From: Bugula neritina
Taxonomy: Eukaryota > Animalia > Bryozoa
DNA: 64,000 bases
NCBI GenBank assembly: GCA_964035545.1
Contig: CAXIUT010000097.1
Location: 248,001 to 312,000, forward strand
Direction: 5' to 3'
Below, piece by piece: positions 31,201 to 47,000 of the stretch. The position numbers were made by a program, and so were the translations under genes. Position 1 is the stretch's first letter; each line of letters begins with the position of its first letter. The notes below the pieces were generated by a model, which ran no database searches, was not told the origin of the DNA, and saw only the letters and a program-made list of their open reading frames with translations.

Positions 31201-34200
31201 CATACTGAATTATGCTGTAGCACACTGAAATACACTGCAACATACTGAAGTACACTGTAACATATTGAAATATACTGCAACATACTGAAATACAGTGCTA
31301 CATACTGAAATATACTGCCACATACTGCAACATAGTGAAATTCACTGTAACATACTGAAAAACACTGCAACATACTACAACATATTGAAATACACTGCAA
31401 CACATTGAAATATACTGCAACATACCTAAATATACGGTGATATACCAAAATAAACTGTAACACATTTAAAAAGACTGCAACATACTGAAATACACTGCAA
31501 CACTCTGAAATACACTGCAAAATACTGTAACACACTGAAATATACTGCAACACACTGCAACATACTGCAACATACTAGAATACACTGTAACATATTGAAA
31601 TATACTGCAACATACTGAAATTCCCTGCTACATGCTGAAATTTACTGCGACATACAGCAACACACTGCAACATACTAAAATACACTGTAACATATTGGAA
31701 TACACTGCAACACATTGAAATATACTTCAAAATACTGAAATACACTGCTACATACTGAAGTTTACTGCGACACACTGCAACATACTGCAACATACTAAAA
31801 TGCACTGTAACATAGTGAAATAGACTGCAACACATTGAAATATACTGCAAAATACTGAAATACACTGCTATATACTGAAATACACTGCAACACACTACAA
31901 CATACTGCAACATGCTAAAATATACTGCAACATACTGAAATACACTGCAAAATACTGAAATACACTGTAACATACTGAAGTATACTGTAACATACTGAAA
32001 TATACTGCAAAATACTTAAATACATTGCTACATACTGAAATATACTGCAACACACTGCGACATACTGCAACATACTAAAATACACTGTAACATATTGAAA
32101 TACACTGCAACACATTGAAATATACTGCAATGTACCGAAATATATGGTAAACTACTGAAATATACTGTCACACATTGAAAAATACTGCAACATACTGAAA
32201 TATACTGCGACACATTGCAATATACTGTAACATACTGAAATATGCTGTAGCACACTAAAATACACTGCAACATACTGAAATACACTGTAACATATTGAAA
32301 TATACTGCAACATACTGCAATACAGTGCTACATACTGAAATATACTGCAACATACTGCAACATAGTGAAATTCACTGTAACATACTGAAAAACACTGCAA
32401 CATACTACAACATATTGAAATACACTGCAACACATTGAAATATACTGCAACATACCTAAATATACGGTGATATACCAAAATAAACTGTAACACATTTAAA
32501 AAGACTGCAACATACCGAAATACACTGCAACACTCTGAAATACACTGCAAAATACTGTAACACACTGAAATATACTGCAACACACTGCAACATACTGCAA
32601 CATACTAGAATACACTGTAACATATTGAAATATACTGCAACATACTGAAATACACTGTTACATACTGAAATTTACTGCGACATACAGCAACATACTGCAA
32701 CATACTAAAATACACTGTAACATATTGGAATACACTGCAACACATTGAAATATACTGCAAAATACTGAAATACACTGCTACATACTGAAATATACTGCAA
32801 CACACTGCAACATACTGCAACATACTAAAGTATACTGCAACATACTGAAATACACTGCAGAATACTGAAATACAGTGCAACATACTGAAATATACTGCAA
32901 AATACTGAAATACATTGTTACATACTGAAATATACTGCAACACACTGCGACATACTGCAACATACTAAAATACACTGTAACATATTGAAATACACTGCAA
33001 AACATTGAAATATACTGCAATGTACCGAAATATATGGTAAACTACTGAAATATACTGTCACACATTGAAAAATACTGCAACATACTGAAATATACTGCGA
33101 CACATTGCAATATACTGTAACATACTGAATTATGCTGTAGCACACTGAAATACACTGCAACATACTGAAGTACACTGTAACATATTGAAATATACTGCAA
33201 CATACTGAAATACAGTGCTACATACTGAAATATACTGCAACATACTGCAACATAGTGAAATTCACTGTAACATACTGAAAAACACTGCAACATACTACAA
33301 CATATTGAAATACACTGCAACACATTGAAATATACTGCAACATACCTAAATATACGGTGATATACCAAAATAAACTGTAACACATTTAAAAAGACTGCAA
33401 CATACTGAAATACACTGCAACACTCTGAAATACACTGCAAAATACTGTAACACACTGAAATATACTGCAACACACTGCAACATACTGCAACATACTAGAA
33501 TACACTGTAACATATTGAAATATACTGCAACATACTGAAATTCCCTGCTACATGCTGAAATTTACTGCGACATACAGCAACATACTGCAACATACTAAAA
33601 TACACTGTAACATATTGGAATACACTGCAACACATTGAAATATACTGCAAAATACTGAAATACACTGCTACATACTGAAATATACTGCAACACACTGCAA
33701 CATACTGCAACATACGAAAGTATACTGCAACATACTGAAATACACTGCAGAATACTGAAATACAGTGTAACATACTGAAATATACTGCAAAATACTGAAA
33801 TACATTGCTACATACTGAAATATACTGCAACACACTGCGACATACTGCAACATACTAAAATACACTGTAACATATTGAAATACACTGCAAAACATTGAAA
33901 TATACTGCAATGTACCGAAATATATGGTAAACTACTGAAATATACTGTCACACATTGAAAAATACTGCAACATACTGAAATATACTGCGACACATTGCAA
34001 TATACTGTAACATACTGAATTATGCTGTAGCACACTGAAATACACTGCAACATACTGAAGTACACTGTAACATATTGAAATATACTGCAACATACTGAAA
34101 TACAGTGCTACATACTGAAATATACTGCCACATACTGCAACATAGTGAAATTCACTGTAACATACTGAAAAACACTGCAACATACTACAACATATTGAAA

Positions 34201-36456
34201 TACACTGCAACACATTGAAATATACTGCAACATACCTAAATATACGGTGATATACCAAAATAAACTGTAACACATTTAAAAAGACTGCAACATACTGAAA
34301 TACACTGCAACACTCTGAAATACACTGCAAAATACTGTAACACACTGAAATATACTGCAACACACTGCAACATACTGCAACATACTAGAATACACTGTAA
34401 CATATTGAAATATACTGCAACATACTGAAATTCCCTGCTACATGCTGAAATTTACTGCGACATACAGCAACACACTGCAACATACTAAAATACACTGTAA
34501 CATATTGGAATACACTGCAACACATTGAAATATACTTCAAAATACTGAAATACACTGCTACATACTGAAGTTTACTGCGACACACTGCAACATACTGCAA
34601 CATACTAAAATGCACTGTAACATAGTGAAATAGACTGCAACACATTGAAATATACTGCAAAATACTGAAATACACTGCTATATACTGAAATACACTGCAA
34701 CACACTACAACATACTGCAACATGCTAAAATATACTGCAACATACTGAAATACACTGCAAAATACTGAAATACACTGTAACATACTGAAGTATACTGTAA
34801 CATACTGAAATATACTGCAAAATACTTAAATACATTGCTACATACTGAAATATACTGCAACACACTGCGACATACTGCAACATACTAAAATACACTGTAA
34901 CATATTGAAATACACTGCAACACATTGAAATATACTGCAATGTACCGAAATATATGGTAAACTACTGAAATATACTGTCACACATTGAAAAATACTGCAA
35001 CATACTGAAATATACTGCGACACATTGCAATATACTGTAACATACTGAAATATGCTGTAGCACACTAAAATACACTGCAACATACTGAAATACACTGTAA
35101 CATATTGAAATATACTGCAACATACTGCAATACAGTGCTACATACTGAAATATACTGCAACATACTGCAACATAGTGAAATTCACTGTAACATACTGAAA
35201 AACACTGCAACATACTACAACATATTGAAATACACTGCAACACATTGAAATATACTGCAACATACCTAAATATACGGTGATATACCAAAATAAACTGTAA
35301 CACATTTAAAAAGACTGCAACATACCGAAATACACTGCAACACTCTGAAATACACTGCAAAATACTGTAACACACTGAAATATACTGCAACACACTGCAA
35401 CATACTGCAACATACTAGAATACACTGTAACATATTGAAATATACTGCAACATACTGAAATACACTGTTACATACTGAAATTTACTGCGACATACAGCAA
35501 CATACTGCAACATACTAAAATACACTGTAACATATTGGAATACACTGCAACACATTGAAATATACTGCAAAATACTGAAATACACTGCTACATACTGAAA
35601 TATACTGCAACACACTGCAACATACTGCAACATACTAAAGTATACTGCAACATACTGAAATACACTGCAGAATACTGAAATACAGTGCAACATACTGAAA
35701 TATACTGCAAAATACTGAAATACATTGTTACATACTGAAATATACTGCAACACACTGCGACATACTGCAACATACTAAAATACACTGTAACATATTGAAA
35801 TACACTGCAAAACATTGAAATATACTGCAATGTACCGAAATATATGGTAAACTACTGAAATATACTGTCACACATTGAAAAATACTGCAACATACTGAAA
35901 TATACTGCGACACATTGCAATATACTGTAACATACTGAATTATGCTGTAGCACACTGAAATACACTGCAACATACTGAAGTACACTGTAACATATTGAAA
36001 TATACTGCAACATACTGAAATACAGTGCTACATACTGAAATATACTGCAACATACTGCAACATAGTGAAATTCACTGTAACATACTGAAAAACACTGCAA
36101 CATACTACAACATATTGAAATACACTGCAACACATTGAAATATACTGCAACATACCTAAATATACGGTGATATACCAAAATAAACTGTAACACATTTAAA
36201 AAGACTGCAACATACTGAAATACACTGCAACACTCTGAAATACACTGCAAAATACTGTAACACACTGAAATATACTGCAACACACTGCAACATACTGCAA
36301 CATACTAGAATACACTGTAACATATTGAAATATACTGCAACATACTGAAATTCCCTGCTACATGCTGAAATTTACTGCGACATACAGCAACATACTGCAA
36401 CATACTAAAATACACTGTAACATATTGGAATACACTGCAACACATTGAAATATACT
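28040..36456. repeat. Domain of 890-bp / 1030-bp units
   Basis: The 143-aa ORF recurs at 28303, 29193 (+890), then at 31122, 32152 (+1030), 33042 (+890), 33932 (+890), 34962 (+1030) and 35852 (+890); also 24369->25259 (+890). Confidence 0.88.
30826..36456. repeat. 2810-bp tandem HOR (1030+890+890), two copies (30826-33646 and 33636-36456)
   Basis: Offsets 30858->33668, 31122->33932, 32152->34962 and 33495->36305 are 2810. Shared rare variants include CATACGAAAG (30901, 33711) and TATACTGCCA (31311, 34121). Confidence 0.9.
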
Positions 36457-38032
36457 TCAAAATACTGAAATACACGGCTACATACTGAAGTTTACTGCGA
36501 CACACTGCAACATACTGCAACATACTAAAATGCACTGGAACATAGTGAAATAGACTGCAACACATTGAAATATACTGCAAAATACTGAAATACACTGCTA
36601 TATACTGAAATACACTGCAACACACTACAACATACTGCAACATGCTAAAATATACTGCAACATACTGAAATACACTGCAAAATACTGAAATACACTGTAA
36701 CATACTGAAGTATACTGCAAAATACTGAAATACACTGCTACATACTGAAATATACTGCAACACACTGCGACATACTGCAACATACTAAAATACACTGTAA
36801 CATATTGAAATACACTGCAACACATTGAAATATACTGCAATGTACCGAAATATATGGTAAACTACTGAAATATACTGTCACACATTGAAAAAAACTGCAA
36901 CATACTGAAATATACTGCGACACATTGCAATATACTGTAACATACTGAAATATGCTGTAGCACACTGAAATACACTGCAACTCACTGAAATATACTGCAA
37001 CATACTGAAATACACTGTAACATATTGAAATATACTGCAACATACTGAAATACAGTGCTACATACTGAAATTTACTGCAACGTACTGCAACATAGTGAAA
37101 TACACTGCAACATACTGCAAGATAGTGAATAACACTGTAACATACTGAAATACACCGCAAAATACTACAACATATTGAAATGCACTGTAACATATTGAAA
37201 TACACTGCAACACATTGAAATATACTGCAACATACCTAAATATACGGTAATATACCAAAATATACTGTAACACATTGAAAAATACTGCAACATACTGAAA
37301 TACACTGAAACACACCGAAAAACACTGAAAATACTGTAACACACTGAAATCTACTGCAAAATACTGAAATATACTGCAAAATACTGAAATACACTGCTAC
37401 ATACTGAAATATACTGCAACACACCGCAACATACTGCAACATACTAAAGTATACTGCAACATACTGAAATACACTGCAAAATACTGAAATACACTATAAC
37501 ATACTGAAATATACTGCAACATACTGAAATATACTGCTACATACTGAAATATACTGCAACACACTGCAACATACTGCAACATACTAGAATACACTGTAAC
37601 ATAATGAAATACACTGCAACACATTGAAATATACTGCAATGTACCGAAATATATGGTAAACTACTGAAATATACTGTCACACATTTAAAAATACTGCAAC
37701 ATACTGGAATATACTGCGACACATTGCAACATACTGTAACGTACTGAAATATGCTGTAGCACATTGAAATACACTGCAACTCACTGAAATATACTGCAAC
37801 ATACTGAAATACACTGTAACATATTGAAATATACTGCAACATACTGAAATACACTGCTACATACTAAAATATACTGCAACATACTGCAACATAGTGAAAT
37901 ACACTGTAAGATACTGAAATACACTGCAACATACTACAACATATTGAAATACACTGCAACACATTGAAATATACTGCATTATACCTAAATATACGGTGGT
38001 ATACCAAAATATACTGTCACACATTGAAAAAT

Positions 38033-41000
38033 ACTGCAACATACTGAAATATACTGCGACACATTGCAATATACTGTAACATACTGAAAAATGCTGTAGC
38101 ACACTGAAATACACTGCAACATACTGAAATACACTGTAACATATTGAAATATACTGCAACATACTGAAATACAGTGCTACATACTGAAATATACTGCAAC
38201 ATACTGCAACATAGTGAAATTCACTGTAACATACTGAAAAACACTGCAACATACTACAACATATTGAAATACACTGCAACACATTGAAATATACTGCAAC
38301 ATACCTAAATATACGGTGACATACCAAAATAAACTGTAACACATTTAAAAATACTGCAACATACTGAAATACACTGCAACATTCTGAAATACACTGCAAA
38401 ATACTGTAACACACTGAAATATACTGCAACACACTGCAACATACTGCAACATACTAGAATACACTGTAACATATTGAAATATACTGCAAAATACTGAAAT
38501 ACACTGCTATATACTGAAATACACTGCAACGCACTACAACATACTGCAACATGCTAAAATATACTGCAACATACTGAAATACACTGCAAAATACTGAAAT
38601 ACACTGTAACATACTGAAGTATACTGCAACATACTGAAATACACTGCTACATACTGAAATATACTGCAACACACAGCAACATACTGCAACATACTAAAAT
38701 ACACTGTAATATATTGGAATACACTGCAACACATTGAAATATACTGCAAAATACTGAAATACACTGCTACATACTGAAGTTTACTGCGACACACTGCAAC
38801 ATACTGCAACATACTAAAATGCACTGTAACATAGTGAAATAGACTGCAACACATTGAAATATACTGCAAAATACTTAAATACACTGCTATATACTGAAAT
38901 ACACTGCAACACACTACAACATACTGCAACATGCTAAAATATACTGCAACATACTGAAATACACTGCAAAATACTGAAATACACTGTAACATACTGAAGT
39001 ATACTGCAACATACTGAAATACACTGCTACATACTGAAATTTACTGCGACACACCGCAACATGCCGCAACGTACTAAAATACACTGTAACATATTGGAAT
39101 AGACTGCAACACATTGAAATATACTGCAAAATACTGAAATACACTGCTACATACTGAAATATACTGCAACACACTGCAACATACTGCAACATACTAAAAT
39201 ATACTGCAACATACTGAAATACACTGCAGAATTCTGAAATACACTGTAACATACTGAAATATACTGCAAAATACTGAAATACACTGCTACATACTGAAAT
39301 ATACTGCAACACACTGCGACATACTGCAACATACTAAAATACACTGTAACATATTGAAATACACTGCAACACATTGAAATATACTGCAATGTACCGAAAT
39401 ATATGGTAAGCTACTGAAATATACTGTCACACATTGAAAAAAACTGCAACATACTGAAATATACTGCGACACATTGCAATATACTGTAACATACTGAAAT
39501 ATGCTGTAGCACACTGAAATACACTGCAACTCACTGAAATATACTGCAACATACTGAAATACACTGTAACATATTGAAATATACTGCAACATACTGAAAT
39601 ACAGTGCTACATACTGAAATTTACTGCAACGTACTGCAACATAGTGAAATACACTGCAACATACTGCAAGATAGTGAAATACACTGTAACATACTGAAAT
39701 ACACCGCAAAATACTACAACATATTGAAATGCACTGTAACATATTGAAATACACTGCAACACATTGAAATATACTGCAACATACCTAAATATACGGTAAT
39801 ATACCAAAATATACTGTAACACATTGAAAAATACTGCAACATACTGAAATACACTGAAACACACCGAAAAACACTGAAAATACTGTAACACACTGAAATA
39901 TACTGCAAAATACTGAAATATACTGCAAAATACTGAAATACACTGCTACATATTGAAATATACTGCAACACACCGCAACATACTGCAACATACTAAAGTA
40001 TACTGCAACATACTGAAATACACTGCAAAATACTGAAATACACTATAACATACTGAAATATACTGCAACATACTGAAATATACTGCTACATACTGAAATA
40101 TACTGCAACACACTGCAACATACTGCAACATACTAGAATACACTGTAACATAATGAAATACACTGCAACACATTGAAATATACTGCAAAATACTGAAATA
40201 CACTGCTATATACTGAAATATACTGCAACACACTACAACATACTGCAACATGCTAAAATCTACTGCAACATACTGAAATACCCTGCAAAATACTGAAACA
40301 CACTGTAACATACTGAAATACACTGCTACATACTGAAATATACTGCATTACACTGCAACATACTGCAACATACTAAAACATACTGCAACATGCTGAAATA
40401 CACTGCAGAATACTGAAATACACTGTAACATACTGAAATATACTGCAAAATACTGAAATACACTGCCACATACTGAAATATACTGCAACACACTGCGACA
40501 TACTGCAACATACTAAAATACACTGTAACATATTGAAATACACTGCAACACATTGAAATATACTGCAATGTACCGAAATATATGGTAAACTACTGAAATA
40601 TACTGTCACACATTTAAAAATACTGCAACATACTGAAATATACTGCGACACATTGCAACATACTGTAACGTACCGAAATATGCTGTAGCACATTGAAATA
40701 CACTGCAACTCACTGAAATATACTGCAACATACTGAAGTACACTGTAACATATTGAAATATACTGCAACATACTGAAATACACTGCTACATACTAAAATA
40801 TACTGCAACATACTGCAACATAGTGAAATACACTGTAAGATACTGAAATACACTGCAACATACTACAACATATTGAAATACACTGCACCACATTGAAATA
40901 TACTGCATTATACCTAAATATACGGTGGTATACCAAAATATACTGTCACACATTGAAAAATACTGCAACATACTGAAATATACTGCGACACATTGCAATA

Positions 41001-44000
41001 TACTGTAACATACTGAAAAATGCTGTAGCACACTGAAATACACTGCAACATACTGAAATACACTGTAACATATTGAAATATACTGCAACATACTGAAATA
41101 CAGTGCTACATACTGAAATATACTGCAACATACTGCAACATAGTGAAATTCACTGTAACATACTGAAAAACACTGCAACATACTACAACATATTGAAATA
41201 CACTGCAACACATTGAAATATACTGCAACATACCTAAATATACGGTGACATACCAAAATAAACTGTAACACATTTGAAAATACTGCAACATACTGAAATA
41301 CACTGCAACATTCTGAAATACACTGCAAAATACTGTAACACACTGCAACATACTGCAACATACTAGAATACACTGTAACATATTGAAATATACTGGAACA
41401 TACTGAAATACACTGCTACATACTGAAATTTACTGCGACACACTGCAACATACTGCAACATACTAAAATGCACTGTAACATAGTGAAATAGACTGCAACA
41501 CATTGAAATATACTGCAAAATACTGAAATACACTGCTATATACTGAAATACACTGCAACACACTACAACATACTGCAACATGCTAAAATATACTGCAACA
41601 TACTGAAATACACTGCAAAATACTGAAATACACTGTAACATACTGAAGTATACTGCAACATACTGAAATACACTGCTACATACTGAAATATACTGCAAGA
41701 CACAGCAACATACTGCAACATACTAAAATACACTGTAACATATTGGAATACATTGCAACACATTGAAATATACTGCAAAATACTGAAATACACTGCTACA
41801 TACTGAAATATACTGCGACACACCGCAACATACCGCAACGTACTAAAATACACTGTAACATTTTGAAATAGACTGCAACACATTGAAATATACTGCAATG
41901 TACCGAAATATATGGTAAACTACTGAAATATACTGTCACACATGGAAAAACACTGCAACATACTGAAATATACTGCGACACATTGCAATATACTGTAACG
42001 TACTGAAATATGCTGTAGCACATTGAAATACACTGCAACTCACTGAAATATACTGCAACATACTGAAATACACTGTGACATATTGAAATATACTGCAACA
42101 TACTGAAATACACTGCTACATACTAAAATATACTGCAACATACTGCAACATAGTGAAATACACTGTAACATACTGAAATACACTGCAACATACTACAACA
42201 TATTGAAATACACTGCAACACATTGAAATATACTGCATTATACCTAAATATACTGTGATATACCAAAATATACTGTAACACATTTAGAAATACTGCAACA
42301 TACTGAAAGACACTGCAACACACTGAAATACACTGCAAAATACTGTAACACACTGAAATATACTGCAACACACTGCAACATACTGCAACATACTAAAATA
42401 TACTGCAACATACTGAAATACACTGCAAAATATTCAAATACACTGTAACATATTGAAATATACTGCAACATACTGAAATACAGTGCTACATACTGAAATA
42501 TACTGCAACATGCTGCAACATAGTGAAATACACTGCAACATACTGCAAGATAGTGAAATACACTGTAACATACTGAAATACACCGCAAAATACTACAACA
42601 TATTGAAATGCACTGTAACATATTGAAATACACTGCAACACATTGAAATATACTGCAACATACCTAAATATACGGTAATATACCAAAATATACTGTAACA
42701 CATTGAAAAATACTGCAACATACTGAAATACACTGCAACACACCGAAAAACACTGAAAATACTGTAACACACTGAAATATACTGCAAAATACTGAAATAT
42801 ACTGCAAAATACTGAAATACACTGCTACATACTGAAATATTCTGCAACACACTGCAACATACTGCAACATACTAAAGTATACTGCAACATACTGAAATAC
42901 ACTGCAAAATACTGAAATACACTATAACATACTGAAATATACTTCAACATACTGAAATATACTGCTACATACTGAAATATACTGCAACACACTGCAACAT
43001 ACTGCAACATACTAGAATACACTGTAACATAATGAAATACACTGCAACACATTGAGATATACTGCAAAATACTGAAATACACTGCTATATACTGAAATAC
43101 ACTGCAACACACTACAACATACTGCAACATGCTAAAAGCTGCAACATACTGAAATACACTGCTACATACTGAAGTATACTGCAAAACACAGCAACATACT
43201 GCAACATACTAAAATATACTGCAACATACTAGAATACACTGTAACATAATGAAATACACTGCAACACATTGAAATATACTGCAAAATACTGAAATACACT
43301 GCTATATACTGAAATATACTGCAACACACTACAACATACTGCAACATGCTAAAATACACTGTAACATATTGGAATACATTGCAACACATTGAAATATACT
43401 GCAAAATACTGAAATACACTGCAACATACTGAAATATACTGCGACACATTGCAATATACTGTAACATACTGAAAAATGCTGTAGCACACTGAAATACACT
43501 GCAACATACTGAAATACACTGTAACATATTGAAATATACTGCAACATACTGAAATACAGTGCTACATACTGAAATATACTGCAACATACTGCAACATAGT
43601 GAAATTCACTGTAACATACTGAAAAACACTGCAACATACTACAACATATTGAAATACACTGCAACACATTGAAATATACTGCAACATACCTAAATATACG
43701 GTGACATACCAAAATAAACTGTAACACATTTAAAAATACTGCAACATACTGAAATACACTGCAACATTCTGAAATACACTGCAAAATACTGTAACACACT
43801 GAAATATACTGCAACACACTGCAACATACTGCAACATACTAGAATACACTGTAACATATTGAAATATACTGCAAAATACTGAAATACACTGCTATATACT
43901 GAAATACACTGCAACGCACTACAACATACTGCAACATGCTAAAATATACTGCAACATACTGAAATACACTGCAAAATACTGAAATACACTGTAACATACT

Positions 44001-47000
44001 GAAGTATACTGCAACATACTGAAATACACTGCTACATACTGAAATATACTGCAACACACAGCAACATACTGCAACATACTAAAATACACTGTAATATATT
44101 GGAATACACTGCAACACATTGAAATATACTGCAAAATACTGAAATACACTGCTACATACTGAAGTTTACTGCGACACACTGCAACATACTGCAACATACT
44201 AAAATGCACTGTAACATAGTGAAATAGACTGCAACACATTGAAATATACTGCAAAATACTTAAATACACTGCTATATACTGAAATACACTGCAACACACT
44301 ACAACATACTGCAACATGCTAAAATATACTGCAACATACTGAAATACACTGCAAAATACTGAAATACACTGTAACATACTGAAGTATACTGCAACATACT
44401 GAAATACACTGCTACATACTGAAATTTACTGCGACACACCGCAACATGCCGCAACGTACTAAAATACACTGTAACATATTGGAATAGACTGCAACACATT
44501 GAAATATACTGCAAAATACTGAAATACACTGCTACATACTGAAATATACTGCAACACACTGCAACATACTGCAACATACTAAAATATACTGCAACATACT
44601 GAAATACACTGCAGAATTCTGAAATACACTGTAACATACTGAAATATACTGCAAAATACTGAAATACACTGCTACATACTGAAATATACTGCAACACACT
44701 GCGACATACTGCAACATACTAAAATACACTGTAACATATTGAAATACACTGCAACACATTGAAATATACTGCAATGTACCGAAATATATGGTAAGCTACT
44801 GAAATATACTGTCACACATTGAAAAAAACTGCAACATACTGAAATATACTGCGACACATTGCAATATACTGTAACATACTGAAATATGCTGTAGCACACT
44901 GAAATACACTGCAACTCACTGAAATATACTGCAACATACTGAAATACACTGTAACATATTGAAATATACTGCAACATACTGAAATACAGTGCTACATACT
45001 GAAATTTACTGCAACGTACTGCAACATAGTGAAATACACTGCAACATACTGCAAGATAGTGAAATACACTGTAACATACTGAAATACACCGCAAAATACT
45101 ACAACATATTGAAATGCACTGTAACATATTGAAATACACTGCAACACATTGAAATATACTGCAACATACCTAAATATACGGTAATATACCAAAATATACT
45201 GTAACACATTGAAAAATACTGCAACATACTGAAATACACTGAAACACACCGAAAAACACTGAAAATACTGTAACACACTGAAATATACTGCAAAATACTG
45301 AAATATACTGCAAAATACTGAAATACACTGCTACATATTGAAATATACTGCAACACACCGCAACATACTGCAACATACTAAAGTATACTGCAACATACTG
45401 AAATACACTGCAAAATACTGAAATACACTATAACATACTGAAATATACTGCAACATACTGAAATATACTGCTACATACTGAAATATACTGCAACAGACTG
45501 CAACATACTGCAACATACTAGAATACACTGTAACATAATGAAATACACTGCAACACATTGAAATATACTGCAAAATACTGAAATACACTGCTATATACTG
45601 AAATATACTGCAACACACTACAACATACTGCAACATGCTAAAATCTACTGCAACATACTGAAATACCCTGCAAAATACTGAAACACACTGTAACATACTG
45701 AAATACACTGCTACATACTGAAATATACTGCATTACACTGCAACATACTGCAACATACTAAAACATACTGCAACATGCTGAAATACACTGCAGAATACTG
45801 AAATACACTGTAACATACTGAAATATACTGCAAAATACTGAAATACACTGCCACATACTGAAATATACTGCAACACACTGCGACATACTGCAACATACTA
45901 AAATACACTGTAACATATTGAAATACACTGCAACACATTGAAATATACTGCAATGTACCGAAATATATGGTAAACTACTGAAATATACTGTCACACATTT
46001 AAAAATACTGCAACATACTGAAATATACTGCGACACATTGCAACATACTGTAACGTACCGAAATATGCTGTAGCACATTGAAATACACTGCAACTCACTG
46101 AAATATACTGCAACATACTGAAGTACACTGTAACATATTGAAATATACTGCAACATACTGAAATACACTGCTACATACTAAAATATACTGCAACATACTG
46201 CAACATAGTGAAATACACTGTAAGATACTGAAATACACTGCAACATACTACAACATATTGAAATACACTGCACCACATTGAAATATACTGCATTATACCT
46301 AAATATACGGTGGTATACCAAAATATACTGTCACACATTGAAAAATACTGCAACATACTGAAATATACTGCGACACATTGCAATATACTGTAACATACTG
46401 AAAAATGCTGTAGCACACTGAAATACACTGCAACATACTGAAATACACTGTAACATATTGAAATATACTGCAACATACTGAAATACAGTGCTACATACTG
46501 AAATATACTGCAACATACTGCAACATAGTGAAATTCACTGTAACATACTGAAAAACACTGCAACATACTACAACATATTGAAATACACTGCAACACATTG
46601 AAATATACTGCAACATACCTAAATATACGGTGACATACCAAAATAAACTGTAACACATTTGAAAATACTGCAACATACTGAAATACACTGCAACATTCTG
46701 AAATACACTGCAAAATACTGTAACACACTGCAACATACTGCAACATACTAGAATACACTGTAACATATTGAAATATACTGGAACATACTGAAATACACTG
46801 CTACATACTGAAATTTACTGCGACACACTGCAACATACTGCAACATACTAAAATGCACTGTAACATAGTGAAATAGACTGCAACACATTGAAATATACTG
46901 CAAAATACTGAAATACACTGCTATATACTGAAATACACTGCAACACACTACAACATACTGCAACATGCTAAAATATACTGCAACATACTGAAATACACTG

